NCBI GenBank assembly: GCA_965263055.1
Contig: OZ253581.1
Location: 1,455,794-1,519,793, forward strand
From: Vicinamibacterales bacterium
Lineage (GTDB): Bacteria; Acidobacteriota; Vicinamibacteria; Vicinamibacterales; UBA8438
Length of the DNA: 64,000 nucleotides
Reading direction: 5' to 3'
Both the position numbers and the translations under genes were made by a program. Below the pieces are notes generated by a model that ran no database searches, was not told where the DNA came from, and saw nothing but the letters and a program-made list of their open reading frames with translations. Below are positions 1 to 8,159 of the stretch, one piece after another (within the stretch, counting starts at the first letter, position 1; each line of letters starts with the position of its first letter).

Positions 1-632
1 GTCGTCTCGGCGGCCAGGCGGCGGCGCAGCAGGTCCGTCAGGGCGGCGCGAATCCTCCACGGTCCAATCTGCGCGATCAGCATCGCGAGGTCGGGATCGC
101 TCTTCGCGATGCCGGTGCCGGCGCCGAGCGCCTGCTCCACCGCCTGCCGAATGATGTTCGGGATCTCGGTCTCGTCCGCCAGCCCGAAGCCGGGGTCGAG
201 GTCCGCCTCGAGCGGAAACTCGTGGAGCAGCGAGAAGCAGAACGCGTCGATCGTGCGGATCGAGATCTCGCCAAGGCGGTCGCGCAGCCTGGCCCAACGC
301 TCCGCCCCCTCCTCCGAGCGCCGGGCGTCGGCGCGCAGCTCGCTCATGATGCGCTCGCGCATTTCTGCTGCCGCCTGGCGCGTGAAGGTGATCGCCAGGA
401 TGTTGACCGGGTCGACGCCGGCGCGGAGCAGGTTGAGGTACCGGGTGACGAGCACCGTCGTCTTGCCGGTGCCGGCCGACGCTTCGAGGACGATGTTGCG
501 GGTCGGGTCGACCGCCGCGGCGCGGGCCGATTGATCCGGCGGCGCACCCGGCGGCGGCGGCGCGGCGGGCGCGGGCGGCGGCTCGTCCGGCGCCGCATCG
601 AACGGCAACCCGCCCTCAGAGATCCTCGACAT
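1..632 (-). CDS. UvrD/PcrA/AddA-type superfamily-1 helicase, N-terminal ~210 aa only (gene runs off the left edge)
   Basis: Reverse translation from the ATG at 632 gives MSRISEGGLPFDAAPDE...NIVLEASAGTGKTTVLVTRYLNLL...ITFTRQAAAEMRERI...RTIDAFC. This contains a Walker A (GTGKT) and UvrD-like motifs. The start overlaps the upstream AddB-like stop by 17 nt. It is absent from the ORF track because the gene runs off the left edge of the window. Confidence 0.8.
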   Translation of the reverse strand, partial: MSRISEGGLPFDAAPDEPPPAPAAPPPPGAPPDQSARAAAVDPTRNIVLEASAGTGKTTVLVTRYLNLLRAGVDPVNILAITFTRQAAAEMRERIMSELRADARRSEEGAERWARLRDRLGEISIRTIDAFCFSLLHEFPLEADLDPGFGLADETEIPNIIRQAVEQALGAGTGIAKSDPDLAMLIAQIGPWRIRAALTDLLRRRLAAET

Positions 633-3456
633 AGTCCTTCCGGCAGACGGTCTGGTAGGGACACATCGTGCAGCGGAACAGCTCCGCCGGCCGCGGTGGG
701 CACCTCCCGGCTTCGATCCCCGCCACAGCCGCCAGCGCACGCGCTTCGCCGTCATCCATCGCGTCGGTCGCTTCTCCCTTTCCTTCCATCGGCACCGTCA
801 GTCGGGACTCGCCGAACGCGACGTACATGCCGCCGCCGGCGCGCCAGTCGCGGTTGTGGCGACCACGCAACTGCTGTTCCGCACACCGGGCATAGAGAGG
901 CAACTGCAGTGCGCGCGACCGGTCCGGGGCGCGGCCGGTCTTGTAGTCGACGACCATGAGCGTCCCGTCGGCATGCAGGTCGATCCGGTCGGCGACGCCA
1001 CGAAGCGCAACGGTGCGGCGGCCGGTGGCGGGGCCCAGCTCGAACGTGCCCCTGATCCGGTACTCCGGCAGCCGCTCGACGATCTCGGCGGACGGGTTCT
1101 CCGCTTCCCGGCTGAACAGCCGTTCGGCCAGGCCGGGTGAGGCGGGCGAGCCGAACAGCCAGGTTCGCGCCACCGCCTGCTCCGCCGGCGGCAGCAGGGC
1201 GAGCTCGCCTTCGGCCACGCCAGCGAACCGTTCGAGGGCAACGTCGAACGTGTCGAGGGTTATGGCGCCGTGGCCGTCGCTCTGCCACGCCCGGAAGAAC
1301 TTCTCGAACACCTGATGGAGAAAGCGACCGCGCTCCTTCGCCGTCATCGTCTGCTCCTCGTCATCCTCCTCCTCGAGGCGGAGCGTGTGGCGCGCGAAGT
1401 ACTTGAAGGGACACTCGAGGTAGCGTTCAAGGGCGCCGACTGCGTAGGCGTGCGGCGCTTGCGGGCCGATGTCGCCCCGGAGGCGATCGCGCGCCGTGCC
1501 GGTCGCGGCGCGGGCGACACGGAACGCGCGCCAGCGCTCGGCGGCGGCATCGGAATCGGAATCGGCAACTCGCGGGGACGTCTCCGGCACCGCAATTCGA
1601 TCCAGTGCATCGGCATCAAGGTCTTCGAGCATCGGCGAGACGGCCACTGCCGCGTCGTCCTCCAGCAGGAAGGCGGAGATCTGCACGTGGCCGCGGGAAA
1701 GACCGAGCAGGTCGCCGAACGTTGCGCGCGCCGCCCGGAGCCGCTCGCTCTCGGGCGGCCAGCCGAGCGAGGCGAGCATGCCGGCTGGGTAGAAGATGTC
1801 CCTCGCCGCCCGGTGCGGCCACTCCGCTTCGGTCAGGCCGGCGAGGAAAACATGATCGAAGCGGCCGTAGGCCGCAGCGTGCACATCGATCAGGTGAACG
1901 TCGGCGCTTCGGGCCCCACCGCGGTCGGGAGGATACGTGCGGCTCTCGATCCAGCGGCGCACGGTCGTCGTGAGTTCGGCGATCTTGACGTCGGCGCCGT
2001 CGGCGTTAAGTGCGCGATGGGCGGTTTCGAGCGCGACGAGAGCCTCGTGGATCAGTGCACGGGCACGTGCGGTTCGATCGGTTGTCGGGTCGGCAGGATC
2101 AGGCAGCGGAGCGGCGTGACGGTTGAGGAAGGCCCGGAGCGCGGCAAGGTGATCCGCCAGGGGGTGCGGTTCGTTGAGGGTGGCGAGCTCGGAGTCCGCG
2201 GTGTCCATTTCGTCCGGCGCGAAGACGAAGTGGGGATTGCGGAAAAGGGACATCGTCGTGGCGCTGCGATCCCCGGCGGCGTACTGGAGAACCAGGTCGA
2301 CGGCGGCGGCGTACGGTTCGGCGGCAAGCGGAAGCCCGTCGCCGGCACGGGGGCGGAGGCCCGCCTCGTAGAAAACCGGCGGCGCGAGGTAGACGTACGG
2401 AAGCGGGCGAGCGACAACGACGGCAGCGGAGATCCCCGGGGCGTCCGCGCGCGCCTGGCCTACGGCGCGGGCGATGTTGCGCAGCTCCTCCTCGCGGTCG
2501 CGCCAGAGGAAGTACGGGCGGTCGCCCATCCCGTCCCCCGTCCCGTCGCCCGGCACGACCAGGTGCGGCGCCGGTGACGTGTCCGGCGCGACCCGCTGCT
2601 CGTCCATCTCCGGCAGGAGGTGATCGAGGCGTTCGCGAAGGCCGCTGTCGAGCACCGCGTCGGTCGCGACGATCGTGACGCGCGCAAGCCGCGGCAGCCG
2701 GGTGAGCAGGTCGAAGTCGGCTGGGTAGAGCCCGTCCGGATGGGCAACCTGATCGGGAACGGTGACGATCACTTCCGTCAACGGCTCGCGTGTCCCCGTG
2801 CGGCAAAGATGATCGCGCAGCCGATGCTCGTCGACGCCGTCCGCCGCATCAAGCCGGCGCTCGTAGGCACGGAACGTGGCAACCAGGAAGCGAGTCTGAT
2901 CCAGCAGGCGGCGCGCACCCCGATCGATGTCGGCGCTCGGCTCGAGGTCGTCGACCATCAGTCGCTCGAACGCGTCGACGGTCCGCTGGCGCCGACGCAG
3001 TTCGTCGTAGAAGGCGAGGAACGCCGCAACGATGCCCGGCCGCAGCCTGAACGGCGGGAGCGTACCGGCTGCGGCGACGTCGCGCGCCGCAAGGCTGCCC
3101 AGGACTTCCCGTTCGACCTGAGTGAGCAGGCGCACTGGAATCGCGGCCCGTTCGTGCAGCCAGTCGTACCAGTCGCCGCGGGGGAGAACTGCCGGGCGCG
3201 CCGCGCTGTCACGCCCCCACGCGTCCAGCTCCCGCAGTGTCCGGCGCAACTGATCGGCGGCGGCGCGCGTCGGCACCAGTATCGCCGGCTCGCCCTCCTC
3301 GAGGGACAAACGCGAATCGGCGACCCGCGCGGCGATCGCACGCTGGTACGTACCGAGCGTCGGGACAGCAAGCAGTCGGGTCTCGCGCGGCGTGATCACA
3401 ATGGCTGCGTCCGCATTCTCACCCCGTGGCTGCACCGGCGTCCACGCCGGTCCCAC
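616..3456 (-). CDS. AddB-like PD-(D/E)XK nuclease / inactivated-helicase subunit with a C-terminal Cys cluster
   Basis: 946-aa ORF. The C-terminal part reads ...CPFKYFARHTL...RIDLHADGTLMVVDYKTGRAP...LQLPLY...CPPRPAELFRCTMCPYQTVC, which is a RecB-type nuclease core flanked by Fe-S-type cysteines. It is translationally coupled to the downstream UvrD-like gene. The GTG start at 3456 is uncertain, with alternative GTGs at 3435 and about 3399. Confidence 0.8.
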   Translation of the reverse strand: MGPAWTPVQPRGENADAAIVITPRETRLLAVPTLGTYQRAIAARVADSRLSLEEGEPAILVPTRAAADQLRRTLRELDAWGRDSAARPAVLPRGDWYDWLHERAAIPVRLLTQVEREVLGSLAARDVAAAGTLPPFRLRPGIVAAFLAFYDELRRRQRTVDAFERLMVDDLEPSADIDRGARRLLDQTRFLVATFRAYERRLDAADGVDEHRLRDHLCRTGTREPLTEVIVTVPDQVAHPDGLYPADFDLLTRLPRLARVTIVATDAVLDSGLRERLDHLLPEMDEQRVAPDTSPAPHLVVPGDGTGDGMGDRPYFLWRDREEELRNIARAVGQARADAPGISAAVVVARPLPYVYLAPPVFYEAGLRPRAGDGLPLAAEPYAAAVDLVLQYAAGDRSATTMSLFRNPHFVFAPDEMDTADSELATLNEPHPLADHLAALRAFLNRHAAPLPDPADPTTDRTARARALIHEALVALETAHRALNADGADVKIAELTTTVRRWIESRTYPPDRGGARSADVHLIDVHAAAYGRFDHVFLAGLTEAEWPHRAARDIFYPAGMLASLGWPPESERLRAARATFGDLLGLSRGHVQISAFLLEDDAAVAVSPMLEDLDADALDRIAVPETSPRVADSDSDAAAERWRAFRVARAATGTARDRLRGDIGPQAPHAYAVGALERYLECPFKYFARHTLRLEEEDDEEQTMTAKERGRFLHQVFEKFFRAWQSDGHGAITLDTFDVALERFAGVAEGELALLPPAEQAVARTWLFGSPASPGLAERLFSREAENPSAEIVERLPEYRIRGTFELGPATGRRTVALRGVADRIDLHADGTLMVVDYKTGRAPDRSRALQLPLYARCAEQQLRGRHNRDWRAGGGMYVAFGESRLTVPMEGKGEATDAMDDGEARALAAVAGIEAGRCPPRPAELFRCTMCPYQTVCRKDYVEDL

Positions 3457-3677
3457 TCCCGGTCACGCCGGAACTGTGGATCGCCGGTGGAAGTTCGGTG
3501 GAAGGAAGGTGTATTCCGTGTTGAGAAAGATTTTTTCTTCGCTTCTCGCCGGTCAGCGTGTGGAGCTGCCACGTGTGGACATCACTTTCGCATTCCTCTT
3601 CGCTTGATCGCCTGACGCGTGTCCCTGAGAATTCTAAGGTTGCCGGTACGCAAACAACCCCCGATCACAGTACGACA

Positions 3678-3926
3678 TTGGCCGTCCGAGACACTTCCAG
3701 TCAGCGCTTTCGCGAGACGATCAACGGACAGGAGTACTCGATCGAGGTGGGTCGGGCTCTCGGGGGGCGGTGGCGCGCGTCACTGGTCCGGACGGCGGGC
3801 CTGCCAACCGCGCTGATGCCATTCTACGGCGCGACGCCCGGCGAGGCGCGCGACCGTCTCACGGGCTGGCTCACCGCCGCCCATCGGATGGCCGCCCGGG
3901 CGGCCGCCGCCAAGACGTCCGCCTAG
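3678..3926 (+). CDS. hypothetical small protein (about 82 aa)
   Basis: This is the high-GC3 part of ORF 3558..3926 (RFRETINGQEYSIEVGRALGGRWRASLVRTAGLPTALMPFYGATPGEARDRLTGWL). The first in-frame start after a putative TTGATC-17-GAGAAT promoter (3604..3632) is TTG 3678. I recognise no domain. Confidence 0.3.
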   Translation: MAVRDTSSQRFRETINGQEYSIEVGRALGGRWRASLVRTAGLPTALMPFYGATPGEARDRLTGWLTAAHRMAARAAAAKTSA

Positions 3927-3955
3927 GAGCCCATCCCTCGCGCCCGCACTGGCGA

Positions 3956-3961
3956 TATAGT
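3956..3961 (+). promoter_or_regulatory. -10-like hexamer TATAGT, 9 nt upstream of the ansB ATG
   Basis: TATAGT followed by ccatgtgtg and then ATG(3971). It belongs to a recurrent pattern across the window (see findings). Confidence 0.35.
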
Positions 3962-3970
3962 CCATGTGTG

Positions 3971-5065
3971 ATGCGCGTCACACGGTCTTTACGCGCCTTG
4001 GTCGCCGCAGCCTGCTTCTGGCTGGCCGTCGCGCCGGATGCCGGCGCGCAGCAGGAGGCTCGGGAGCGGCCGACGGTCCGGGTGATCGCGACGGGCGGCA
4101 CGATTGCCAATCACCGGGACGGCCGCCTCACAGTTGATGAGCTGGTCGCGCTCGTCCCGGAACTGGACCGGCATGCGACCGTCGAGACGGAGCAGTTCGC
4201 CAACCTGGAGAGCAGCTCGATAACGACCGAGCAATGGCTGGCGCTCGCCCGGCGGATCAACAGCCTGTTCCGTGAGCGGTCCGACCTCGTCGGCATCGTC
4301 GTGACCAGCGGTACGGACACGCTGGAAGAGACAGCGTACTTCCTCAACCTGACCGTCCGGAGCGACCGTCCGGTGGCAGTGGTCGGTGCGATGCGGACGC
4401 CGGACGATACCGGTTATGACGGCGCCGCCAACCTGCTCCACGCGGTGCGAGTGGCGGCCGCGCCAGTCACCCGCGGCCGTGGCGTCGTCGTCGTCCTGAA
4501 CGGCGAGATCCACGCCGCACGCGAGGTCCGGAAGACGCATGCGCAGCGGCTCGATACGTTCGACTCGGGTTCGTACGGCCTGCTCGGCGTGGTGGACGAC
4601 GACACGATCGTCTACTACCGAAGGCCGGGACGGCGCCACACGCGGCGCAGCGAATTCAATGTCGCCGGGATTCACCGGCTGCCTCGCGTCGACGTTGTGA
4701 TGACCTACCTGGGCGCGCCGGGCGACCTGCTGCTCTCCGCACGTGAGCAGGGGGCCGAGGGTCTCGTGATAGCGACGGCCGGCGCCGGATCGACGACGCC
4801 CGATCAGAGCGAGGCGGTGAGGCAACTGGTCGAGTCAGGGACGGTCGTGGTGCTCGCAACGCGCACGGGGGCCGGGCGCGTTCCGGCGCGGCGGCGGCCG
4901 GTCGAGCCGCCCGCGGACGGCAACGGCGACAGCGACTGGCGGTACCATCCCAACCGGGTTTCGGCGGAAGACCTGACGCCGCTGAAGGCGCGTATCCTGC
5001 TGATGCTCGCGCTGGCAATCACCGATGACGGCAACGAAGTCCAGCGCATGTTCCGGGTTTACTAG
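3971..5065 (+). CDS. ansB: L-asparaginase, type II (secreted)
   Basis: VRVIATGGTIA...VVTSGTDTLEETAYFLNL...AVVGAMRTPDDTGYDGAANL...VVLNGEIHAAREVRKTH are asparaginase signatures. The ATG at 3971 opens a signal peptide (MRVTRSLRALVAAACFWLAVAPDAGAQQ). The longer ORF from 3770 is rejected. Confidence 0.85.
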   Translation: MRVTRSLRALVAAACFWLAVAPDAGAQQEARERPTVRVIATGGTIANHRDGRLTVDELVALVPELDRHATVETEQFANLESSSITTEQWLALARRINSLFRERSDLVGIVVTSGTDTLEETAYFLNLTVRSDRPVAVVGAMRTPDDTGYDGAANLLHAVRVAAAPVTRGRGVVVVLNGEIHAAREVRKTHAQRLDTFDSGSYGLLGVVDDDTIVYYRRPGRRHTRRSEFNVAGIHRLPRVDVVMTYLGAPGDLLLSAREQGAEGLVIATAGAGSTTPDQSEAVRQLVESGTVVVLATRTGAGRVPARRRPVEPPADGNGDSDWRYHPNRVSAEDLTPLKARILLMLALAITDDGNEVQRMFRVY

Positions 5066-5124
5066 GAGCCCGTGGGTGCGCCGTTCCCGGCAGCCGGACG
5101 CATGTGGCGGCTGACATCGACCCG

Positions 5125-5805
5125 ATGATCGTCCCAGGGGTTGTGCTTGCAGCTGGACGGTCGTCGCGGATGGGGCGGCCCAAGGCGCTGCTGCCGGCCG
5201 GCGGCGGCGAGACCTTTCTCTCGCGCGTCGTCCGGACCCTGCACGAGGGGGGCGTGCGAGACGTCGTCGTCGTCGCCGCCAGCGACGGGCCGTTACGCGA
5301 GATCCGGTCGGCGCTGGCGCCAACCACCCGTCGGGCGGTGAGCACCGTCGGCGGGCCGGTTTCCCTCGACAACCGGCTGGCAAGAATCATCCTCAACCCC
5401 GAGCCGTCCCGCGGCCAGCTCTCGTCCCTGCTCTGCGGTCTCGAAGCAATCGATCAGCCCGACGTTGTTGCGATGCTACTCACGCTGGTCGACGTCCCCC
5501 TCGTGGAACCCGGCACGGTTCGCGCCCTGCTCGACGCCTACGCCAGGACCCGCGCTCCGGTGGTGCGCCCCGTCCACACCGGCACGGCCAGCACCGGAAC
5601 CTCTCGCCGGCACGGCCATCCGGTCATCCTCGACCGCGCTCTCTTCGACCTCCTCCGCTGCGCCGACCCTGCACAGGGCGCCAAGCCGATCATCCGAGCC
5701 TGCGAGAACCGGGCGGTCACCGTTCCGGTCGCAGGCGATGCTCCGTTCATCGACATCGACACCCCCGAGGCATACGAACGCGCCTTCCGTTCCGTATTAG
5801 AATGA
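5125..5805 (+). CDS. MobA/MocA-like nucleotidyltransferase (molybdenum cofactor cytidylyl/guanylyl-transferase family)
   Basis: MIVPGVVLAAGRSSRMGRPKALL... is the N-terminal signature, and the C-terminus reads ...HGHPVILDRALF...DIDTPEAYE. The ATG at 5125 is preferred over the track's GTG at 5104. Confidence 0.7.
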   Translation: MIVPGVVLAAGRSSRMGRPKALLPAGGGETFLSRVVRTLHEGGVRDVVVVAASDGPLREIRSALAPTTRRAVSTVGGPVSLDNRLARIILNPEPSRGQLSSLLCGLEAIDQPDVVAMLLTLVDVPLVEPGTVRALLDAYARTRAPVVRPVHTGTASTGTSRRHGHPVILDRALFDLLRCADPAQGAKPIIRACENRAVTVPVAGDAPFIDIDTPEAYERAFRSVLE

Positions 5806-5834
5806 TGGATCTCGGTGCCTGGGCACCGAGCCGT

Positions 5835-5910
5835 GGGCCAGTGGCGCAGCTGGGAGCGCGCGTGAATGGCATTCACGAGGTCACGGGTTCGATCCCCGTC
5901 TGGTCCACCA
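5835..5910 (+). tRNA. tRNA-Ala (anticodon GGC)
   Basis: 76-nt cloverleaf: acceptor GGGCCAG/CTGGTCC with the G3:U70 alanine identity pair, anticodon arm CGTGA-ATGGCAT-TCACG, T-arm ACGGG-TTCGATC-CCCGT, and an encoded CCA. Confidence 0.93.
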
Positions 5911-5932
5911 CCCCGCCTCTGCCGGCGCCGAT

Positions 5933-5961
5933 TTGAAAACGGGTCGGGGCAGCACTAGAAT
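5933..5961 (+). promoter_or_regulatory. sigma70-type promoter TTGAAA-17-TAGAAT, 7 nt before an ATG (leaderless transcript predicted)
   Basis: TTGAAA is at 5933..5938, followed by a 17-nt spacer and TAGAAT at 5956..5961. The ATG is at 5969. Confidence 0.5.
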
Positions 5962-5968
5962 TCCGACC

Positions 5969-6175
5969 ATGAGCGACTTTGACGTTCAGATCCGCTGCCA
6001 GAGTTGCGGGACCCAGATGACGCTGACCGACCCGGTGGACTGGCAGTTCGGGAGGGTTTGGCCAATCCAGCAGTTCTGGAAGTGCCGGCAATGCGGCCGG
6101 AATTTCTGGACCACCTATCCGGCGCCCAAGCCACCCGCCCCGCCGAAACCCGCCGTACTCCCAAGACAGCCGTGA
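5969..6175 (+). CDS. hypothetical small zinc-ribbon protein (68 aa)
   Basis: MSDFDVQIRCQSCGTQMTL...FWKCRQCGRNFW carries two CxxC pairs and a Pro-rich tail. It sits directly behind a good promoter. Confidence 0.5.
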   Translation: MSDFDVQIRCQSCGTQMTLTDPVDWQFGRVWPIQQFWKCRQCGRNFWTTYPAPKPPAPPKPAVLPRQP

Positions 6176-6257
6176 CGCCTCCTGCGACGGCGAAACGTCC
6201 CAAGCCGCCCGTGGCAGACGGTCCCTTTTGATCGCCGCGTGCTCGACAGATCGGCGG

Positions 6258-6286
6258 TTGACATCCCTCGGGTGGTTGCCTAGAAT
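6258..6286 (+). promoter_or_regulatory. consensus-like promoter TTGACA-17-TAGAAT for the cold-shock gene
   Basis: TTGACA is at 6258..6263, followed by a 17-nt spacer and TAGAAT at 6281..6286. It predicts a 5' UTR of about 55-60 nt ending in the SD GGAGGGA, consistent with the long leaders typical of csp genes. Confidence 0.6.
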
Positions 6287-6349
6287 TCCCTCTGTGGGGG
6301 CTCGGCGGTGGTACATCTGCCCGGCGGCCAGACCCCTCGGAGGGACCGT

Positions 6350-6556
6350 ATGCCGACAGGCACCATCGCTCGTCTTCTGATTGACAAGGGCTTCGGGTTC
6401 ATTCGCGATGAAGGAGGCATCGAGCACTTCTTCCATCGGAGTTCCGTGCGTAGCGCAGTGTTCGAACTGCTTCGCGAAGGCCAGCGCGTCGAGTTCACGC
6501 CCGAGCACTCGGACAAGGGCCCGCGGGCGGGCGAAGTCCGTCTGCTCGACTCGTAG
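6350..6556 (+). CDS. cold-shock domain protein (CspA family)
   Basis: MPTGTIARLLIDKGFGFIRDEGGIEHFFHRSSV... contains RNP1-like KGFGFI and RNP2-like FFH motifs. It is 68 aa with an SD upstream. Confidence 0.9.
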   Translation: MPTGTIARLLIDKGFGFIRDEGGIEHFFHRSSVRSAVFELLREGQRVEFTPEHSDKGPRAGEVRLLDS

Positions 6557-6630
6557 TCCAGCGGTAATACTTCTCGCCGCCTCCGGTCCCGCCTCCCCTT
6601 GGGGTCGAACTGCGTTCGGTCGCCACTCCC

Positions 6631-6727
6631 GGAAGCGAACGGGGCCCGGTGGCCCTCCCGGTCTTCAAAATCGGTCGCTCCCCGCTGACGCGGGGGGGCT
6701 GGGTTCGACTCCCAGGCGCTTCCGCCA
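6631..6727 (+). tRNA. selC: tRNA-Sec (selenocysteine, anticodon UCA)
   Basis: 97 nt, beginning GGAAGCGA.. and ending ..GCGCTTCC-G-CCA. The D-arm has a 6-bp stem with a 4-nt loop (GGGGCC-CGGT-GGCCCT). The anticodon arm is CCGGT-CTTCAAA-ATCGG with TCA at 6665..6667. The variable arm is long (CTCCCCGC-TGAC-GCGGGGGG) and the T-arm is CTGGG-TTCGACT-CCCAG. The architecture parallels E. coli selC as I recall it. Confidence 0.85.
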
Positions 6728-6780
6728 TTGCCGCCCGCCGTCCTGACGCTCGCCGTCCGGCGCGCGTCGGGCGGTCAGTT

Positions 6781-7251
6781 CTATTCCACCTGCCGGTTGA
6801 CTTCTGCTGTCGATTCCACCGCAGTGGTCAGGGCCAGCAACTCCACCTTGAACAGATAGAGGTTCGACACCACCGCCAGCAGGGCAATGGAGGAATGAAT
6901 GCCGGCGGGAAGCACGCCGGTATCGACCCCGCCCCCCAGGATCGCGGCCAGCATCGTCAGCGCCATCGCGAGCATCCCGTGGGAGAAGACAGGCCGGCGT
7001 GCCCGCGCCACGGCCAGATGGAGTTCGTCCGGCAGTCCCGCCTCGGTCGCCGCCTCCCGGATCGCCTTCCCCTTGCCAATCAGGTAGAACATCGTCATCG
7101 AATGGGCCAGGAGCGTAATCAGCGTGAAGAAGATGCCGAACGACACATGGCGGGCCACGTCAGCCGGCATCGAGGCAACGAAACCGAGGACAGTGCAGTA
7201 GCCCAGACCACCGATGCCGAGAGCGGTCGCCGTGATCAGCGCAGCCGTCAC
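6781..7251 (-). CDS. hypothetical integral membrane protein (about 4 TM helices)
   Basis: 156-aa ORF with four hydrophobic segments. Its start overlaps the stop of the upstream PHP gene by 4 nt, indicating operon coupling. Confidence 0.6.
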   Translation of the reverse strand: MTAALITATALGIGGLGYCTVLGFVASMPADVARHVSFGIFFTLITLLAHSMTMFYLIGKGKAIREAATEAGLPDELHLAVARARRPVFSHGMLAMALTMLAAILGGGVDTGVLPAGIHSSIALLAVVSNLYLFKVELLALTTAVESTAEVNRQVE

Positions 7252-8159
7252 CTTGCCGACCCGGCGGGCGCCACGCCCGGTTCTAGTGCCGGCAGCCGGA
7301 ACTCCGCCGGGCTCGTCTCGCCGTGGACGTCGGCATGCGCCCGCTCCAGCCGGCGGCGCAGCGCGTCGAAGTGTGACGGCGGCAGACCGACCCGGCCGAA
7401 CCGGTCAGCACGCCGGTGGTCATCGCCGTGGAAGTCGGAGCCGCCACTCACGGCGAGGCCGTGCCGCTCCGCCAGGCGGCAGTAGCGCCCCTGATCAGCC
7501 GCGTCATGTTCGCTGTGGAACGCCTCGATGGCATCGAGACCGGCGGCGGCCAGAGCCGGGATCAGATGATCCTTCCGGAGCAGTCCCGGGTGCGCCAGCG
7601 AAGAGATGCCACCTCCCGCCCTGACCAGCGCCACCACTTCGGCCGGGGAGGCTCCGACGCGGGCGACGTAAGCCGGGCCGCCATCCGCCAGGTAGCGGTC
7701 GAACGCCTCCTGCACCGACTTGACGTGCCCCGCGTCGACGAGGGCACGCGCAACCGTGGGACGCGCAACCGCTCTCCCCGACTCCTCCGCCTCGCAGATC
7801 ACATCCTCGATGTCGACCGGGACACCGAGCGCGGCGAGCTTCTCCGACATCGCCAGCGCGCGGCGCTTGCGGTCCTGCCGGGCCGGCCGAAGGAACGGTC
7901 CCATGCCGGGCGGGTCGCCGTCGAGGAAGTAGCCGAGCACGTGAACGTCACGATGCTCATGCACCGCCGTGATCTCGATGCCTGGCAGGAAGGCGACGCG
8001 GCGCGCCCGCGCCGCGTCCGCTGCTTCCCGGATGCCCGCCAACGTGTCGTGATCTGTGACGGCCAGGGTGCGTATGCCGGCCGATGCCGCCCGAGCGATC
8101 AATTCGGCCGGGGGAAGCGAACCGTCAGAGGCTGTCGTATGGGTGTGGAGGTCGATCAT
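7248..8159 (-). CDS. PHP-domain phosphoesterase (TrpH/YciV-like)
   Basis: MIDLHTHTTASDGSL...LAVTDHDTLAG...GIEITA...HVLGY...SGGSDFHG are PHP metal-binding motifs. Confidence 0.85.
   Translation of the reverse strand: MIDLHTHTTASDGSLPPAELIARAASAGIRTLAVTDHDTLAGIREAADAARARRVAFLPGIEITAVHEHRDVHVLGYFLDGDPPGMGPFLRPARQDRKRRALAMSEKLAALGVPVDIEDVICEAEESGRAVARPTVARALVDAGHVKSVQEAFDRYLADGGPAYVARVGASPAEVVALVRAGGGISSLAHPGLLRKDHLIPALAAAGLDAIEAFHSEHDAADQGRYCRLAERHGLAVSGGSDFHGDDHRRADRFGRVGLPPSHFDALRRRLERAHADVHGETSPAEFRLPALEPGVAPAGSAR

Noticed and set aside
3770-3970. N-terminal over-extensions created by the longest-ORF rule. These are asparaginase from 3770, fdhE-like from 8822, prmC from 13316, ileS from 16010, tgt from 41121, ddl from 40537, lptD from 45966, htpX from 51068, the M20 peptidase from 52609, glyA from 54505 and lepB from 62443.
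   Set aside because: The extensions overlap neighbouring genes and have shadow-frame composition. Better internal starts exist, supported by signal peptides, family N-termini, SDs or -10 boxes.
5063-5128. An exact 12-mer TAGGAGCCCGTG occurs at 5063..5074 and 20366..20377. At 5072 it would open an 18-codon uORF ending in an ATGA overlap with the mocA-like start.
   Set aside because: Repeated 12-mers are expected by chance in 64 kb. The motif is simply a stop codon, an SD and GTG. The 18-codon peptide (VGAPFPAAGRMWRLTSTR) has no supporting evidence.
6557-6630. A possible additional tRNA-like fragment upstream of selC, with T-loop-like GGGGTCGAAC and a direct repeat CCGCCTCC x2.
   Set aside because: No cloverleaf can be drawn, because acceptor and anticodon stems are missing. 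It is probably just the csp 3' region and the selC promoter region.
5911-7251. A search around selC and at all same-strand, same-frame ORF junctions for a selenoprotein gene (an in-frame TGA followed by a hairpin).
   Set aside because: No pair of adjacent ORFs gives a continuous recognisable protein across a TGA. Read-through of the zinc-ribbon ORF stop (6173..6175) gives only Arg-rich sequence that looks like a shadow frame.
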